DNA from: Orbicella franksi
Taxonomy: Eukaryota
NCBI GenBank assembly: GCA_964199315.1
Contig: OZ116704.1
Span: forward strand, 26,226,001-26,290,000
DNA length: 64,000 bases
Direction: 5' to 3'
Every line of letters begins with the position of its first letter. Position 1 is the first letter of the stretch. The notes under the pieces were generated by a model. That model saw only the letters and a list, made by a program, of their open reading frames with translations. It was not told the DNA's origin and made no database searches. Below are positions 51,213 to 62,495 of this stretch, piece after piece. The translations under genes and the position numbers were made by a program.

Positions 51213-52202
51213 CCGCAGTGCTATGCTACTTCAAAATTACACTCTTAACTGTTCAACATGCATCCTTGTCCAAATCAAAGATCACTGCTAACGTGGTATC
51301 CAAAAAGAAAGATCTGAGAAAGAAAAAGGTTTACAGTCAAAGAGTAGACCACACTACTTAAGAAATCAACTGTGGCACAAGAGTGAAGATCGATGATGGA
51401 CGATAATGCTCATTTTTGAAACTGTTTTTGTCTTAATCCTGATGAGCCCTTGTGTGTGACCAGCGGCATGCCGGAAGGCTTAAATGCAACTCCAAATGCA
51501 AGCCTCAGCATCTTACCAATGCTGGAAAGAGAACTTGTGCTTATTCACGCGTCATGTGTTTTTCTATTAAACCTTGACGTTTCGTGAACTCGGCAACATA
51601 CATTTTCAAAAGTATATTCCGGGCAATGCCCCATTTTTTGTATAAATTGTTGTATTATTCAAATTCGTGGACAGACTTCTCAAATGATTAGATTGAAAAC
51701 TCTCTGGACTGTATAAAATAAGAGGATGTCATGTCTGTTTGTTTTAAAATATCCTTTTTTTTAACAAGAAACAAGGCTTAGATTTTTTCTGAGAAATTCT
51801 AAACGCCGAGGCAAGGATGTGTTGGAATAACGAGTGTCGAGTCGTTTGTATCGAGTGCGTCGAGTTTGCATGAAAGACGTGATGTCTTGTTCTTTTTGAG
51901 GCTTACATTCATTTGGTAAAATTTTAAAATGTGCTAAAAATTATGCCCAAGGTTGAGGTCTAGTTAAGAACAGTCTTCACATTCTGACAGATGATGAAAT
52001 ACAATAGAATCTTAAAACGTTTTTAAATGTACTTTGCATAAAATTGAAACATGTATTTTCGTTCCTCTTGAAAAATGAACAATTAAACAACAACAACACA
52101 CTTAATGTGTTGAGTCATCTATGGGTATTGCTACGTTGCCAGACAAGCACACGATCATACTATGCAACATATGTAAGCAAAAAATTGAGAAAAAAATGTG
52201 TT

Positions 52203-52639
52203 AAGCCTGGTTTTCACTTCGACATAACACAACTGCTAATCACAACGTTAATGAGGACGCCCACAACACAAGCATATGCCCCAGCACAAGTAGAACAAAA
52301 AGTTTTGTTCTTCCCGTGCTTGTACTTTTGCTTATACCAAGTGAGGTCACGCTGCTACAAGCATAAGCATAAGTCCGCCATCTTGTTTTACTGTATCGAG
52401 GAGGTGTGGAACGGAAAAATAAGGTAACTATCCATTCTGCACATGCGTACGTGCTTATGCTTGTGTTTTGGGCGTCCTCGCTACCGTTATACTTATGCTT
52501 GAGCTTGTGTCAATGTCATAGTGAAAATCGTCCGCCATCTTGCTTTACTGTGTCGTGGAGGTATGGAACCAAAAAGAAGGTAATTATCCATTCTGTGCAT
52601 GCTTGTGCTTGTGTTTATGTCATAGTGACAACCAGGCTT
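52203..52639. mobile_element. MITE related to 16219-16612, with an internal tandem duplication
   Basis: AAGCCTGGTTTTCACT ... AGTGACAACCAGGCTT ends. A roughly 100-bp unit (GTCCGCCATCTTG...TATCCATTCTG) is present twice. Confidence 0.7.
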
Positions 52640-55600
52640 CGCTATTTCACTTCAAAACAAAACAGGCTTGTAAATAAGAGGTCAAAGGGTCTCGGTTACT
52701 ATCGAACTGTCGAGAATGATCAATATCTGACACACATAAAACGCTACTCGAAAACTCGGAAGCTCGTTCGAAACTTATTTTTGTTATAAACTATCAAAAA
52801 TGTGATACTTTTTTCAAATTGCTTTCGTGAATGACCTGTTACGAATCTATCAGGGCAGCTGAAGACCATGTAGAGTAGACAATTTCACTTTCTGACAAAC
52901 ACCCAGCATTGATAATTCTCGGGCGGAAAGCTATATCGTGGTTTTAATTTTCACTTGTTTTTTACTTATTTGTTTTTCGGGAGGCCAGCCAACAGAACGT
53001 GGAATGGTTAAGACTTAGGAGCAACGCAAAGGGAAGGGAAAAATTATTGAAGTCAAAACAGAAATGTTCAAGGAACAAAAAAACTGAAAAATCTGGCGAT
53101 TAGAGAGGCAAACTGAAAAAGATCTCTTGTAGCAAATTATGCGGTCAGTTTAGTGTCGTGTTTAGTTATTTCAGTTTCATTCGCTTGATTCACACAAGGT
53201 CGATTTTTTTAAAAAAAGAACAGTGACATAATAGTTTTCGATTTCAGAAATAATATGGGTCAATGATGTCCTCTAATTCAGTTTCGTCAGCAGGTCTACT
53301 TGAACGAGCCTCCACAAGTTACAGCTGACAAGACTTACGACGTGGTAAGTACAGTCAGTGATTGTGCTGGTAAACTAAGATTGGGTGAATAACCAAGCCA
53401 AGTGTAAATAGTCTGTGCATAAAGTTTTAAACAGATTTAAGTGATTCATATAGTCTGCTTTGCGCAAATATATCGCTAGGAAGACTGAATTTGACTTTAA
53501 AACCCGTGCGCGTGCTCAATCAGCATTGCTCCGTCAATGTAACAACTTGAATACTGACCAGCTGGGCTTTTCACTGGGCCATTTTATTACCACTACTTGT
53601 AACTGGTTTATAGCCAGGCAACATGCGCGTTTCATATTCGTATGTTCAGACGTACTCTAGAGTTCACGTTTTACATCGTTTACATCGGAGTTTTGTCACG
53701 TTCTACGATTACACTTTGTTTGCGATAATCAAAATTATCAAGTTCGATCCAAGGAAAATAATAATGGTATTTTCCTGTCAGTTACAAAACTTCAAAAGGT
53801 AGTAATGAACTAATAAGAGGAACAATCGAAATTTGAGATAGAGAGAGAGAACAGACGACGAACCTGAAAACGTTAGGCCAAATTTTTCATTATATCACGT
53901 CTTACGACCTCAAGTCAACCGGAACAACATTTATTCGTTCAACCACTTTGGCGTTTTCGAAACTAGCTCGGTATGTTTCTTCCCTCGCCTTCATGACGTA
54001 GCAAAACAAATGGAAACCGAAATAAAGGTCCGGCCACATTAAACATGCACTTAATTGCATTGCTAAGGGCCGGAGGAAAGTGAAAAGAAGTTTGTTTCAG
54101 TTTTTACTTCTTCACTTCCGTTGTCTCAGTACTGAAGCGTTTAAGACTAACTCTTCTGCTTAGTATATGTGGTTTCTAGATCGTAACGTTGTCAAAAAAC
54201 GCAGCTAAAATATTTTACATCTTGGTTTTGATATTTTTAGCGCACTTTGTTAATGTTACGCTCGATCGACATTCTCAGTGGCGTATCATAAACAACTGAG
54301 AATGAAAAATGAAAAGATCGCGTCCGTGATTTGCATCTTCAAATACCGGTGCATACGGACAAACGACTCGGGCGAAGAACCCAACGATAAAACCTCTGAG
54401 GCAACAATAAGCGAAAGAAACAAAAAGATTCACTGAGAGCCATTTCAAGTATTTGTGTATTTCGTTAGGTATAATATTCTTAAACCTTTCGCCGGAAACA
54501 GCTTTTTGATTTCTTGATTTGTTTCTTTCATTTTATATTCCATCGATGGTTCTTCGAAACGATTTTCAGAGCGTAACGTTTATGTGTCATTCGTCTTATT
54601 TCTCTCGGGTTTTAAATCACGTTTTATAGCCGAAAGCATGTTGGAATGGGCATCCGTTTCCGCTGAAACGCTGAAACTGAAGTAACGGCAATTATAGCTT
54701 TTTATAAACAGTTAATTAAAGGCCGCGTTAATTTCCTTGTACATAGCAAACTGGTCTGCCTTCCGCCAGTACTAGTTGAGATATATATTTATTTGAATTA
54801 TTTACTCTCTTTCAATTTAAGTTGCATTCAGTGATACGTGAACGAATCCATGCATTACAAAGTTACTTGATGAAAAAGAACTGGTTAATCAGCATACAGC
54901 AGTAAAATCAAATCAGTAGGCTACAATATATGAGCATTTGTTATTCTTAATACTATCTGCTTTTTTTTTTTTTTTTTTGTTTTTCAATTTAGTTTGCTCT
55001 GAAGAGCTTTTTCTCCAAGTGTTATTTTATCTCGTTCATTGTTGATGTTTCGGTAGTTCTGATGTTTTTGTTATCAGCCAGTTAATTATATTTTTCAATA
55101 AACAAATTGAATATGTATATCTTTTTGTACCAAACAATTTATCACGTAAACAGCACGTGTTCAGGAAACAAAAGCTACAGAATACAAGGAAGCAGGATTT
55201 CTTAACGTCAATCATCCTTTTCAACCCGCATTTGCGTTGACTGAAAAAGTAAACAATAGTAATTCTATTCATGTAAGCAGTGACTGGTCGTGTTACGATG
55301 ATACTTCACTTTCCATCAAGCAACAAGAATATCATGTCAAGGTTTGAATGGTAAGCCACATAAGCCGGCTATTACGAATTACTCGCGTCGTAGAAAGTTT
55401 CACGCGTCGCGGGAGAAGTTCAGGACTTTGATTAACAGACTTTCTAAGATCAAGAAGTCAATTTTCAATACGCGGACGCTGTCGATCTTGCTTAATACCA
55501 ATTTGCTTTGGATTAAAAGGACGCGGTAACTCTGGAAACAGCAGCCAACCTCGAGCCAACCGGAGAGGACAGTAACGTCAGCAGCCGAGAAGAATTATAC

Positions 55601-58600
55601 CTAGGACTTTTCCGGCTTTGAAATAACATGGTTGAAGTGTTCGTTATAAGCTAGTGCAGAGAGAGGTGCCGACCACGGTGAGTACGTGTTTGGGGTCATT
55701 TTGTTGATTTTAATTATACCACGATCAGTTAATTCTTAACTCCCTCTAGGACAATGTTCTCTAGAGGTTCCTAGTCAGCCGGGGAAAGCTTTTGAATTTT
55801 GCTTCCAGTTTCACGCCACATAAATATACCGTCTGCGTTTTCAGGCGACATGATGAAATACACGGCGAAAATTTCAACGAGCAAGCTGCTGAAGCAGCTA
55901 TTTGGATAATATGATATTAAAACATAGTCATTCAGTCGTGAGACGAGGCCAAAGAGCATAGAAGCTCATAAAAGGAAGTGACTGACGTCGAACAACAAGA
56001 CCTTCTTAAGTTATAACAGCGAACGAGAGAAATACGAAAACGATAGTGAATTCTTTGTTCTTAAAAACATAAAACTCTGCTTGAATTAAGAGTGATCTCT
56101 TCAAAAGTTCCTAGCTTGTTTATATTAAGAAACGATTTAAGGCTTCCTGGAGGAAAAACGGATAAAAAAGAATCAGTCATGGTCAAAAAAGCTTTAAAAA
56201 AAGTTATTGCTTTGTTCTGTGCATTGGCATTTTTGTCAAAAATGTTACAATATGACTGTTTGTTACAGACTGCCGCCAAGTAGAGCAATTTTATTCAGGA
56301 TATCTCCCTGATTATGAGACGAGTCACTTTAGCCTACCCCCCTTGTCTCGCCTTCTTCCCTACTCGGCCACGGCCATGTCGCCCTTTAGCGTTCGCGATG
56401 ATAAAACACTAATCTAAGTGACCCTTAGAGAAAAAAAAGGCTACTTGCAGTCTATATTCCTTAGAATTGCAATTGTTGTTATTTTACGCTACAAAGTTTG
56501 CTTTGGATGATCAACAATCATTAATTCAATATAGAAAAGGCTAATTGCTATTTTCTATGTAAGGAGTCCTCGCGATAACATACTCCAATTATTTCAGCTG
56601 AGATGGATCCTTGCTGCTGCACGAAATCGTCAATTTCAGGAATTTGTTAACTTACAACGTTCTGACTAAGTATGGCGTAGTAGTCATGGACTGGTAACAA
56701 AAATCTAGAAAGTACAATTTGAATTACGTTAATTAATTCGATCTCGATTATTTCGGATTTCCAGTTATTTCGTTATCAAATCTTCTTCCCTTGTTCACTC
56801 TCTTGTTTCAGTTCAGTCATTTACCATAGCCGTTTATTTCGAATCAATCGGTGGGTCGAAGTTAGGCTTTGCCATTTCGAACTTTTTTTGTTCCTCTTGG
56901 CTAAAAATCAGTTTATTTCGATCTCCAAAGGTTGGGTCGAAAAAAATATATCACAAAACTAAAACACTAAAATTTGACCTTTTCAATACACTTTCATCTT
57001 ATACTGTAATTAGGATGTCCTCGGGGTTTTCCCTTCCAGTTTTTTGGTCCTAAAAATATTCCATTCCATCATGATCTAGTTTTACCACAAACTGAAATGG
57101 GATAGATGTCACTCCAGCTAGCGAGACAAAATCTACCTAAAGATACTTAGCAGTGAGTCACGATTTTGACAATTATGGTCTGTCGAGATCACACTTCAGC
57201 AGAATCCAAGACGAGAATTTTTGGGTTCGAGCATTTGTCATAAAAACTTTTTGTCTGAGGTTTGAAGCGACCTAATGAAACGACAGGTGACAATTTTAAA
57301 AGCTAATAATATAAGTGAGATCACAAGGAAGTCATTCAGTCCTAAGACGGGGGCAAAGAGCATTGAGGAACTGAGAGATTGATGACGAACGGCGAGACTC
57401 TTTCGAAGTGATAACGGCCAAGGACAAAACACGAAAAAAACGTTTTGTTGTTAAGGATATGAATCGCCCTTAAGTAAATAGCGAGCCATTAATAAAGATT
57501 GCTGCTTCTTTTTTTTAGACCCGCAGATTCAACAGGCGAAAGGCTTTCACGTTGAAAATAAGAGAAAATAATTCTAGTAGATACAAACATTCGTTGCTTT
57601 GTCCTTCTTCCTAGTATTTCGTTTAAGTGTCAGTTGCAAAATTACTATTCGTTATAATTTCGGAAGCTGATATTTTCCTTTGATTGGGTAGGAAGTAATT
57701 ACTTTCAGTATCTTAAAATTACCACTTTATTCGCCAGTATGCAAAGAAATCTCGTGTTTGTCAGATACCTCAACTATCAAAGACCGACAAAGAAGGTTGA
57801 ACGGGAGACCCGTGCACTAAACTGATAATTAACATAAGAATATTTACGGAGAGTCATACTAAAGGGTAATGACAAATAGAAGAATGGATACTTTGCAACG
57901 AGCCACCGTTTGGAAAATTATGGTCTGTCGAGATCACACTTTTACAAGCAGATTTCCCATCAGGAAATATTTTTTTACCGTTTGAGAATTTTTCATCAGT
58001 GGCAAAACTCTTTGTTAAAGGAAAGTTTTTCATCGGTCAGGAATTGACACTAAGTAAAAAGCCTCAGGAGAAACTCCTGCCTTGTGTACTTGGTTTAATA
58101 GCTTAATCATATCGCTTTTGATGGGTCGGGAAATTTTTGAAATGCCTGAGAAACTCCTGCTCTGTGTATTTAACTTAACTTTGCGGAGTAAACAAACATG
58201 ATTTGAATGCCTTGTCTGATGATGTCTTGTAATTACATTGGGCGCTAAAAATAAATCATTGTTACACCAAGTCAGTCTGAATGGTGCAAAATTTCATTTT
58301 CGTGATCAGTAAAGGGCAAACAGAACAACAAGGAACACATGACAATTTCGCTCACAAACAACACAACAGAGAACACGGAATCAGAATAGAAAATATTGAG
58401 GATATTTATTTTGTAGAATGACCGTATTGTCACGGAATATGAAACACGTCTAACTGGGTGCGTTGAGATCCATTCAATATGCGAATTTTTCTTACGTTTT
58501 CAACTTCACACCTTCATATAAAGGTAGGGATATCGGTATATGTGAAATTCGTTTCTAATCAGTCGGTGCATTTTCTTCTTTCTTTTAACAGGGAAAAGGC

Positions 58601-58727
58601 CTGACTGCCATCTTAGTGACTGTACAGTACTTTGGTTCATGCTCAGTTACCTTCGCCTCCAATTCGAAGAGAAGAACATGCAATCTCTTATGGAATAGAT
58701 ATCCATCTTCTTCAGTACTCCATCAAC

Positions 58728-61700
58728 ATGCAAACACAACAGAATAAAGAGAACCCTTTGTTTCTCAGCAGCGCGGTTAAAAATGAAGGAATCCCTTCTA
58801 TTTGCGCAGTGAAACATGAAAACTTATTGATTGATGACACCTGTCAACTTACATCACCCACGTCCGATTCTTCTGTCAAACGTCCCTTGATTGACAGCCA
58901 ACATGACATGACCACGTCAAGTTCAAAACGCATCAAACAAGAATGGGACGATCCATCATTCTGGGCAAATAAGGAGAGACGTTTACTCTCAAGCAAGACG
59001 AGCTTGCAGAATATCGTCAGTGAAGTGGCTGATTCGTTTGAAAGCAACAATTGCGTGAGAAATGCATCGTTTCAGGGCTTTGAGAGCTCCAACAGGAATC
59101 TGTCTGGTGAAGATGACGCAATAGCTTTGAAACGAAAGAGAAGACAATTTGAAAGTTCGACCCAAATTGTTGCGAGTGCGAACGAAGTTACAACTGGGGA
59201 TGAAAATGTAGAAGTAGTAGCGCCTTCCATTGATTGCCACAAAGAGGAACGTTCGGTGCCCTCAATTGCTGATCACGTTCAGCCTGAAACAGCGAAGCCA
59301 ATTCTAAGACCTCTGAAGAGTCTTGATTCCGGACTAAGCGAGGGTTATGCATTTGATCATAACTTCTTTCCCAAACTAGTCGGAGTTCACTCAGCTTTAT
59401 TACCAACGTCAAGCTCGCCAGAACTAGAGTCGAATCATCAATCCCAACAAACAACGTATGTACCACTGCTCAAGAAACTTGCACCAAATCAAGAAACAAG
59501 GGATAGAAATTCTTCCCCTCCGCAAAACGCCGAGAATACTTTAACAGCGGTTTCAAATCGAAACTTTCTTGGCCATTGTAAAGATGACAACGGTCACGCA
59601 ATTCCCAAGAATACTGGCCAGGTCAGGTCACTTGAAACGCCCTTGATGTCACGGACTCAAAATGCATTGACTTGCGACACCAATTTATGCAAACGTGACT
59701 TGCTCGAAGATTCAAGGGTTCATGCGCAGAATGCATCAAGGACATTACCCATCACTCCCCGTGTTCCTTCCACGGACAATCGTCCAGTTCCATGGATAAA
59801 CGCCAGCTTGTTTAGTCAAAAGAAACACGGAACAAAATCACCGGAAACCGCAGCTAACATTTGTACATCGACTGATGCAACAGTTGCTGAGCATGCGCAG
59901 GGTAAAGACAGTGCAAGACATGACGCGGTGGATAGTGCGTCACAACTATCCCCACTCCTCTCTCCGGTTAGCCCAAGAACTCACAGTCTGGTTTATTCAA
60001 GTAAGCAAACTTCCAAGAAGTCTTCCAAAAAGCTCAAATCAGTCAACATGCAGGAAATGGTCAACATTTATAGAATGGCTACCAGTGCCTCGTCACGCAA
60101 GAATCAAACTAAGGGCGCCACTCTTCATTCTCCTCCAGATTCCACGTCACAAAAGCCATGTGACCTCTTGTTTTCCTTTACGACAGCAGACGGCAAAAAC
60201 GACTTATTTCTTGTCGTAGACGACGAAGTGTTTGCAGTGAAACGGTTCGACTACAAAGGCGTGTCGTATTTGATTCACACCGATAAAAAGGGAAAGGCTT
60301 CGATTTTAGCCAAACTTCCAGAGGAGGAAAAGTTGAAGTTGCAACACAGCGACACAAGCTCAAGCAGTCGTCAGCAGTTTCCGTCTAACAGAGCAAGTAC
60401 CTGTAATGTCACGTCCAGCAGTTCAAAGCAATCAAGGCGCACATCTCGCCCCAGGCTTACTCCACAGTGCCCTTCTGGGACATCTCTTAGTGTCACAGCA
60501 CTGCAGACGTTTTGTGAAGAGACCTATGGTGACAAAGCTCAGGCAACGTCAGGTCAGCAACCGGTTCTAGATGAAATTTCCAGAAGAACGGGCGGTCAAG
60601 GCAGGCAGAAACAAGCAACATCACTGGATGTGGATGAAGTTTTATCTAAACGTCAAGCCGTGTATGGTATGCGGACACAAAGCGATAATGATAGACCTAT
60701 ATCTTTTTCAAGAAGTGGCAATTTAAATCCAGACAGAAGGCAGCTGCTCAAACAATTACTGAATGGTATAAGAGCAAGCACAGCCCGTCGGAAAGGGCTG
60801 CCTCTGGACACAAATTGGCCACAAAGTGTACCTGTTAGTCAGCAGCACTCGTCTTCTCAAGCATGCGCTGACAGACAAGGCAGGCATCAAGGAAGTGCTG
60901 TTCCCATCAAGGCAAGCTCCAATCCCAGACCTACGCATGCGGCGCGGAACCGTTGCGGCAATCAACAGGGCAACGTGAATCCAAATCCAGTGGACAGAAA
61001 TCAACAGATTGATGAAGTGAATGCGCACAGTCATGAACAGTTCACATACACCTCATCGCAGAGTCCTTGCAACGGAAACCAAGCCGTCGGAACTCGGCAT
61101 CAACCTTACGACAATGAAGAAATTGTTGATGAAGACAGTTATGGGAACTTTGCCAACAGTAACAAATCGATGATGAGCGGGAACAGAAATCCAGAGAGAG
61201 TGAAGTTAATGAGTTACATTGCTCGTCGTTTGGCTTCAAAAGCAGAACGTGCCTCGTCAACGGCTAACGCCTCATATTATAATCAGCCACCAAGCAGGCG
61301 ATCTGAAGTCGAAAGACAGATATTTAATAGGACTATGGCAAATCCGTTGAGCACTAGAGCAACAAACGCATCGACCAGAAGACACGAAGAGTTACCGCCA
61401 CTTCAGCAATGTCAACGACTTATGGACCTATTGGTAGGGACGTATAATGTTAAATCTGATGATAATCGCGAAAACGGTGGACTAAAATCCTCATCAAGAA
61501 AAAGACCGGCCGAAGGCACTCGAGTTGCCAATAGTCCAACACCACCCAGGGCTCAGGGCATGATGGACCGCTGGATACATTTTGAAAATGAACTGTGGAA
61601 AAAGAGGGTAGCTTCACTCCAAGCTGAGCAGCGACATTCTTTGTATGTCGATACGACGTCTGATTCACTCACTGACGACAAATGCAGATCAGGAAATCCT

Positions 61701-62495
61701 GATCGCCAGGTTCTGAATGATAGAAGGGTGACTTCACGTCTGCATTCAAATCAGTCAAACACGGTTTTGTCTCCAGTGTCTTCAGACGGTGACGAAATCC
61801 CAGGTCTCATTCAGGAACCTCGGCGTCCTAGTAACGACACAGTTACACAAGATGATCAGCATTTTACCAACAGTGTGCCACAAAACACATCAGCGGTTTC
61901 GAGTAATTTAAATTACCATAATTGTATGAGTCATACATCTCTCTACGGCAGATCCTATTTAGTCTGTTGTGAACAGCAGTTTAGCACCGCAAAGAGGCCT
62001 CCAGGACATGAAACAAACGTAAATGAGTGTCTTACCAACATTTCATTTAATCAAGCTGTTGAAAAAAGTGGTTCAGCAGTCCAAAGAGAGTCCGTGTCCG
62101 CGCTCATCAGTGGTCAGCTAAGATCCACTAAAGATGCACCAGTACGAGGCATTGCAGACGTTGCTGAGTCATTGGATGATGAAGAAACGGACACAGATGA
62201 CGGCGATGTCGAAATAATTAGCCCACCTCCCAAAAGATATTCTACGCCTAACACGTTGCTTGATGTTGATGACAAGAGAAATGACAAGAGTCCAGTAGAA
62301 CAAGATACCCGCAAGATTTCCCACGGCGCACTGCGCGCCGAACTAGTGACAAAAATTCGAGCCACCCGAGAGAGAATAGCACAAGAGAATGTCGAGTGGA
62401 AGAGGAAATATCTCTACAGGATACAAACAGAGCTAGAGAATAAACTGGCCAAGGTTTGTGGTACAGCTCACGTTATTGTCATTGATGACGAATGA
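58728..62495 (+). CDS. Paralog P4: 1255-aa low-complexity protein, closest to P2
   Basis: ATG 58728 (MQTQQNKE) aligns with the P2 start. Acceptor TTTTCTTCTTTCTTTTAACAG| at 58591, followed by an in-frame stop at 58602. Motifs: GYAFDHNFFPKLVGVHSA (59343-59396), beta module (60162-60314), C-terminal module plus VIVIDDE (62331-62495). Confidence 0.92.
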   Translation: MQTQQNKENPLFLSSAVKNEGIPSICAVKHENLLIDDTCQLTSPTSDSSVKRPLIDSQHDMTTSSSKRIKQEWDDPSFWANKERRLLSSKTSLQNIVSEVADSFESNNCVRNASFQGFESSNRNLSGEDDAIALKRKRRQFESSTQIVASANEVTTGDENVEVVAPSIDCHKEERSVPSIADHVQPETAKPILRPLKSLDSGLSEGYAFDHNFFPKLVGVHSALLPTSSSPELESNHQSQQTTYVPLLKKLAPNQETRDRNSSPPQNAENTLTAVSNRNFLGHCKDDNGHAIPKNTGQVRSLETPLMSRTQNALTCDTNLCKRDLLEDSRVHAQNASRTLPITPRVPSTDNRPVPWINASLFSQKKHGTKSPETAANICTSTDATVAEHAQGKDSARHDAVDSASQLSPLLSPVSPRTHSLVYSSKQTSKKSSKKLKSVNMQEMVNIYRMATSASSRKNQTKGATLHSPPDSTSQKPCDLLFSFTTADGKNDLFLVVDDEVFAVKRFDYKGVSYLIHTDKKGKASILAKLPEEEKLKLQHSDTSSSSRQQFPSNRASTCNVTSSSSKQSRRTSRPRLTPQCPSGTSLSVTALQTFCEETYGDKAQATSGQQPVLDEISRRTGGQGRQKQATSLDVDEVLSKRQAVYGMRTQSDNDRPISFSRSGNLNPDRRQLLKQLLNGIRASTARRKGLPLDTNWPQSVPVSQQHSSSQACADRQGRHQGSAVPIKASSNPRPTHAARNRCGNQQGNVNPNPVDRNQQIDEVNAHSHEQFTYTSSQSPCNGNQAVGTRHQPYDNEEIVDEDSYGNFANSNKSMMSGNRNPERVKLMSYIARRLASKAERASSTANASYYNQPPSRRSEVERQIFNRTMANPLSTRATNASTRRHEELPPLQQCQRLMDLLVGTYNVKSDDNRENGGLKSSSRKRPAEGTRVANSPTPPRAQGMMDRWIHFENELWKKRVASLQAEQRHSLYVDTTSDSLTDDKCRSGNPDRQVLNDRRVTSRLHSNQSNTVLSPVSSDGDEIPGLIQEPRRPSNDTVTQDDQHFTNSVPQNTSAVSSNLNYHNCMSHTSLYGRSYLVCCEQQFSTAKRPPGHETNVNECLTNISFNQAVEKSGSAVQRESVSALISGQLRSTKDAPVRGIADVAESLDDEETDTDDGDVEIISPPPKRYSTPNTLLDVDDKRNDKSPVEQDTRKISHGALRAELVTKIRATRERIAQENVEWKRKYLYRIQTELENKLAKVCGTAHVIVIDDE

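Noticed and set aside
51213-51420. Possible frameshifted continuation of P3
   Set aside because: I translated the plus frames by hand; they give short basic peptides without the EN.WKKK or beta modules.
51438-51480. CTGATGAG hammerhead-like start
   Set aside because: No complementary stem II or GAAA follows.
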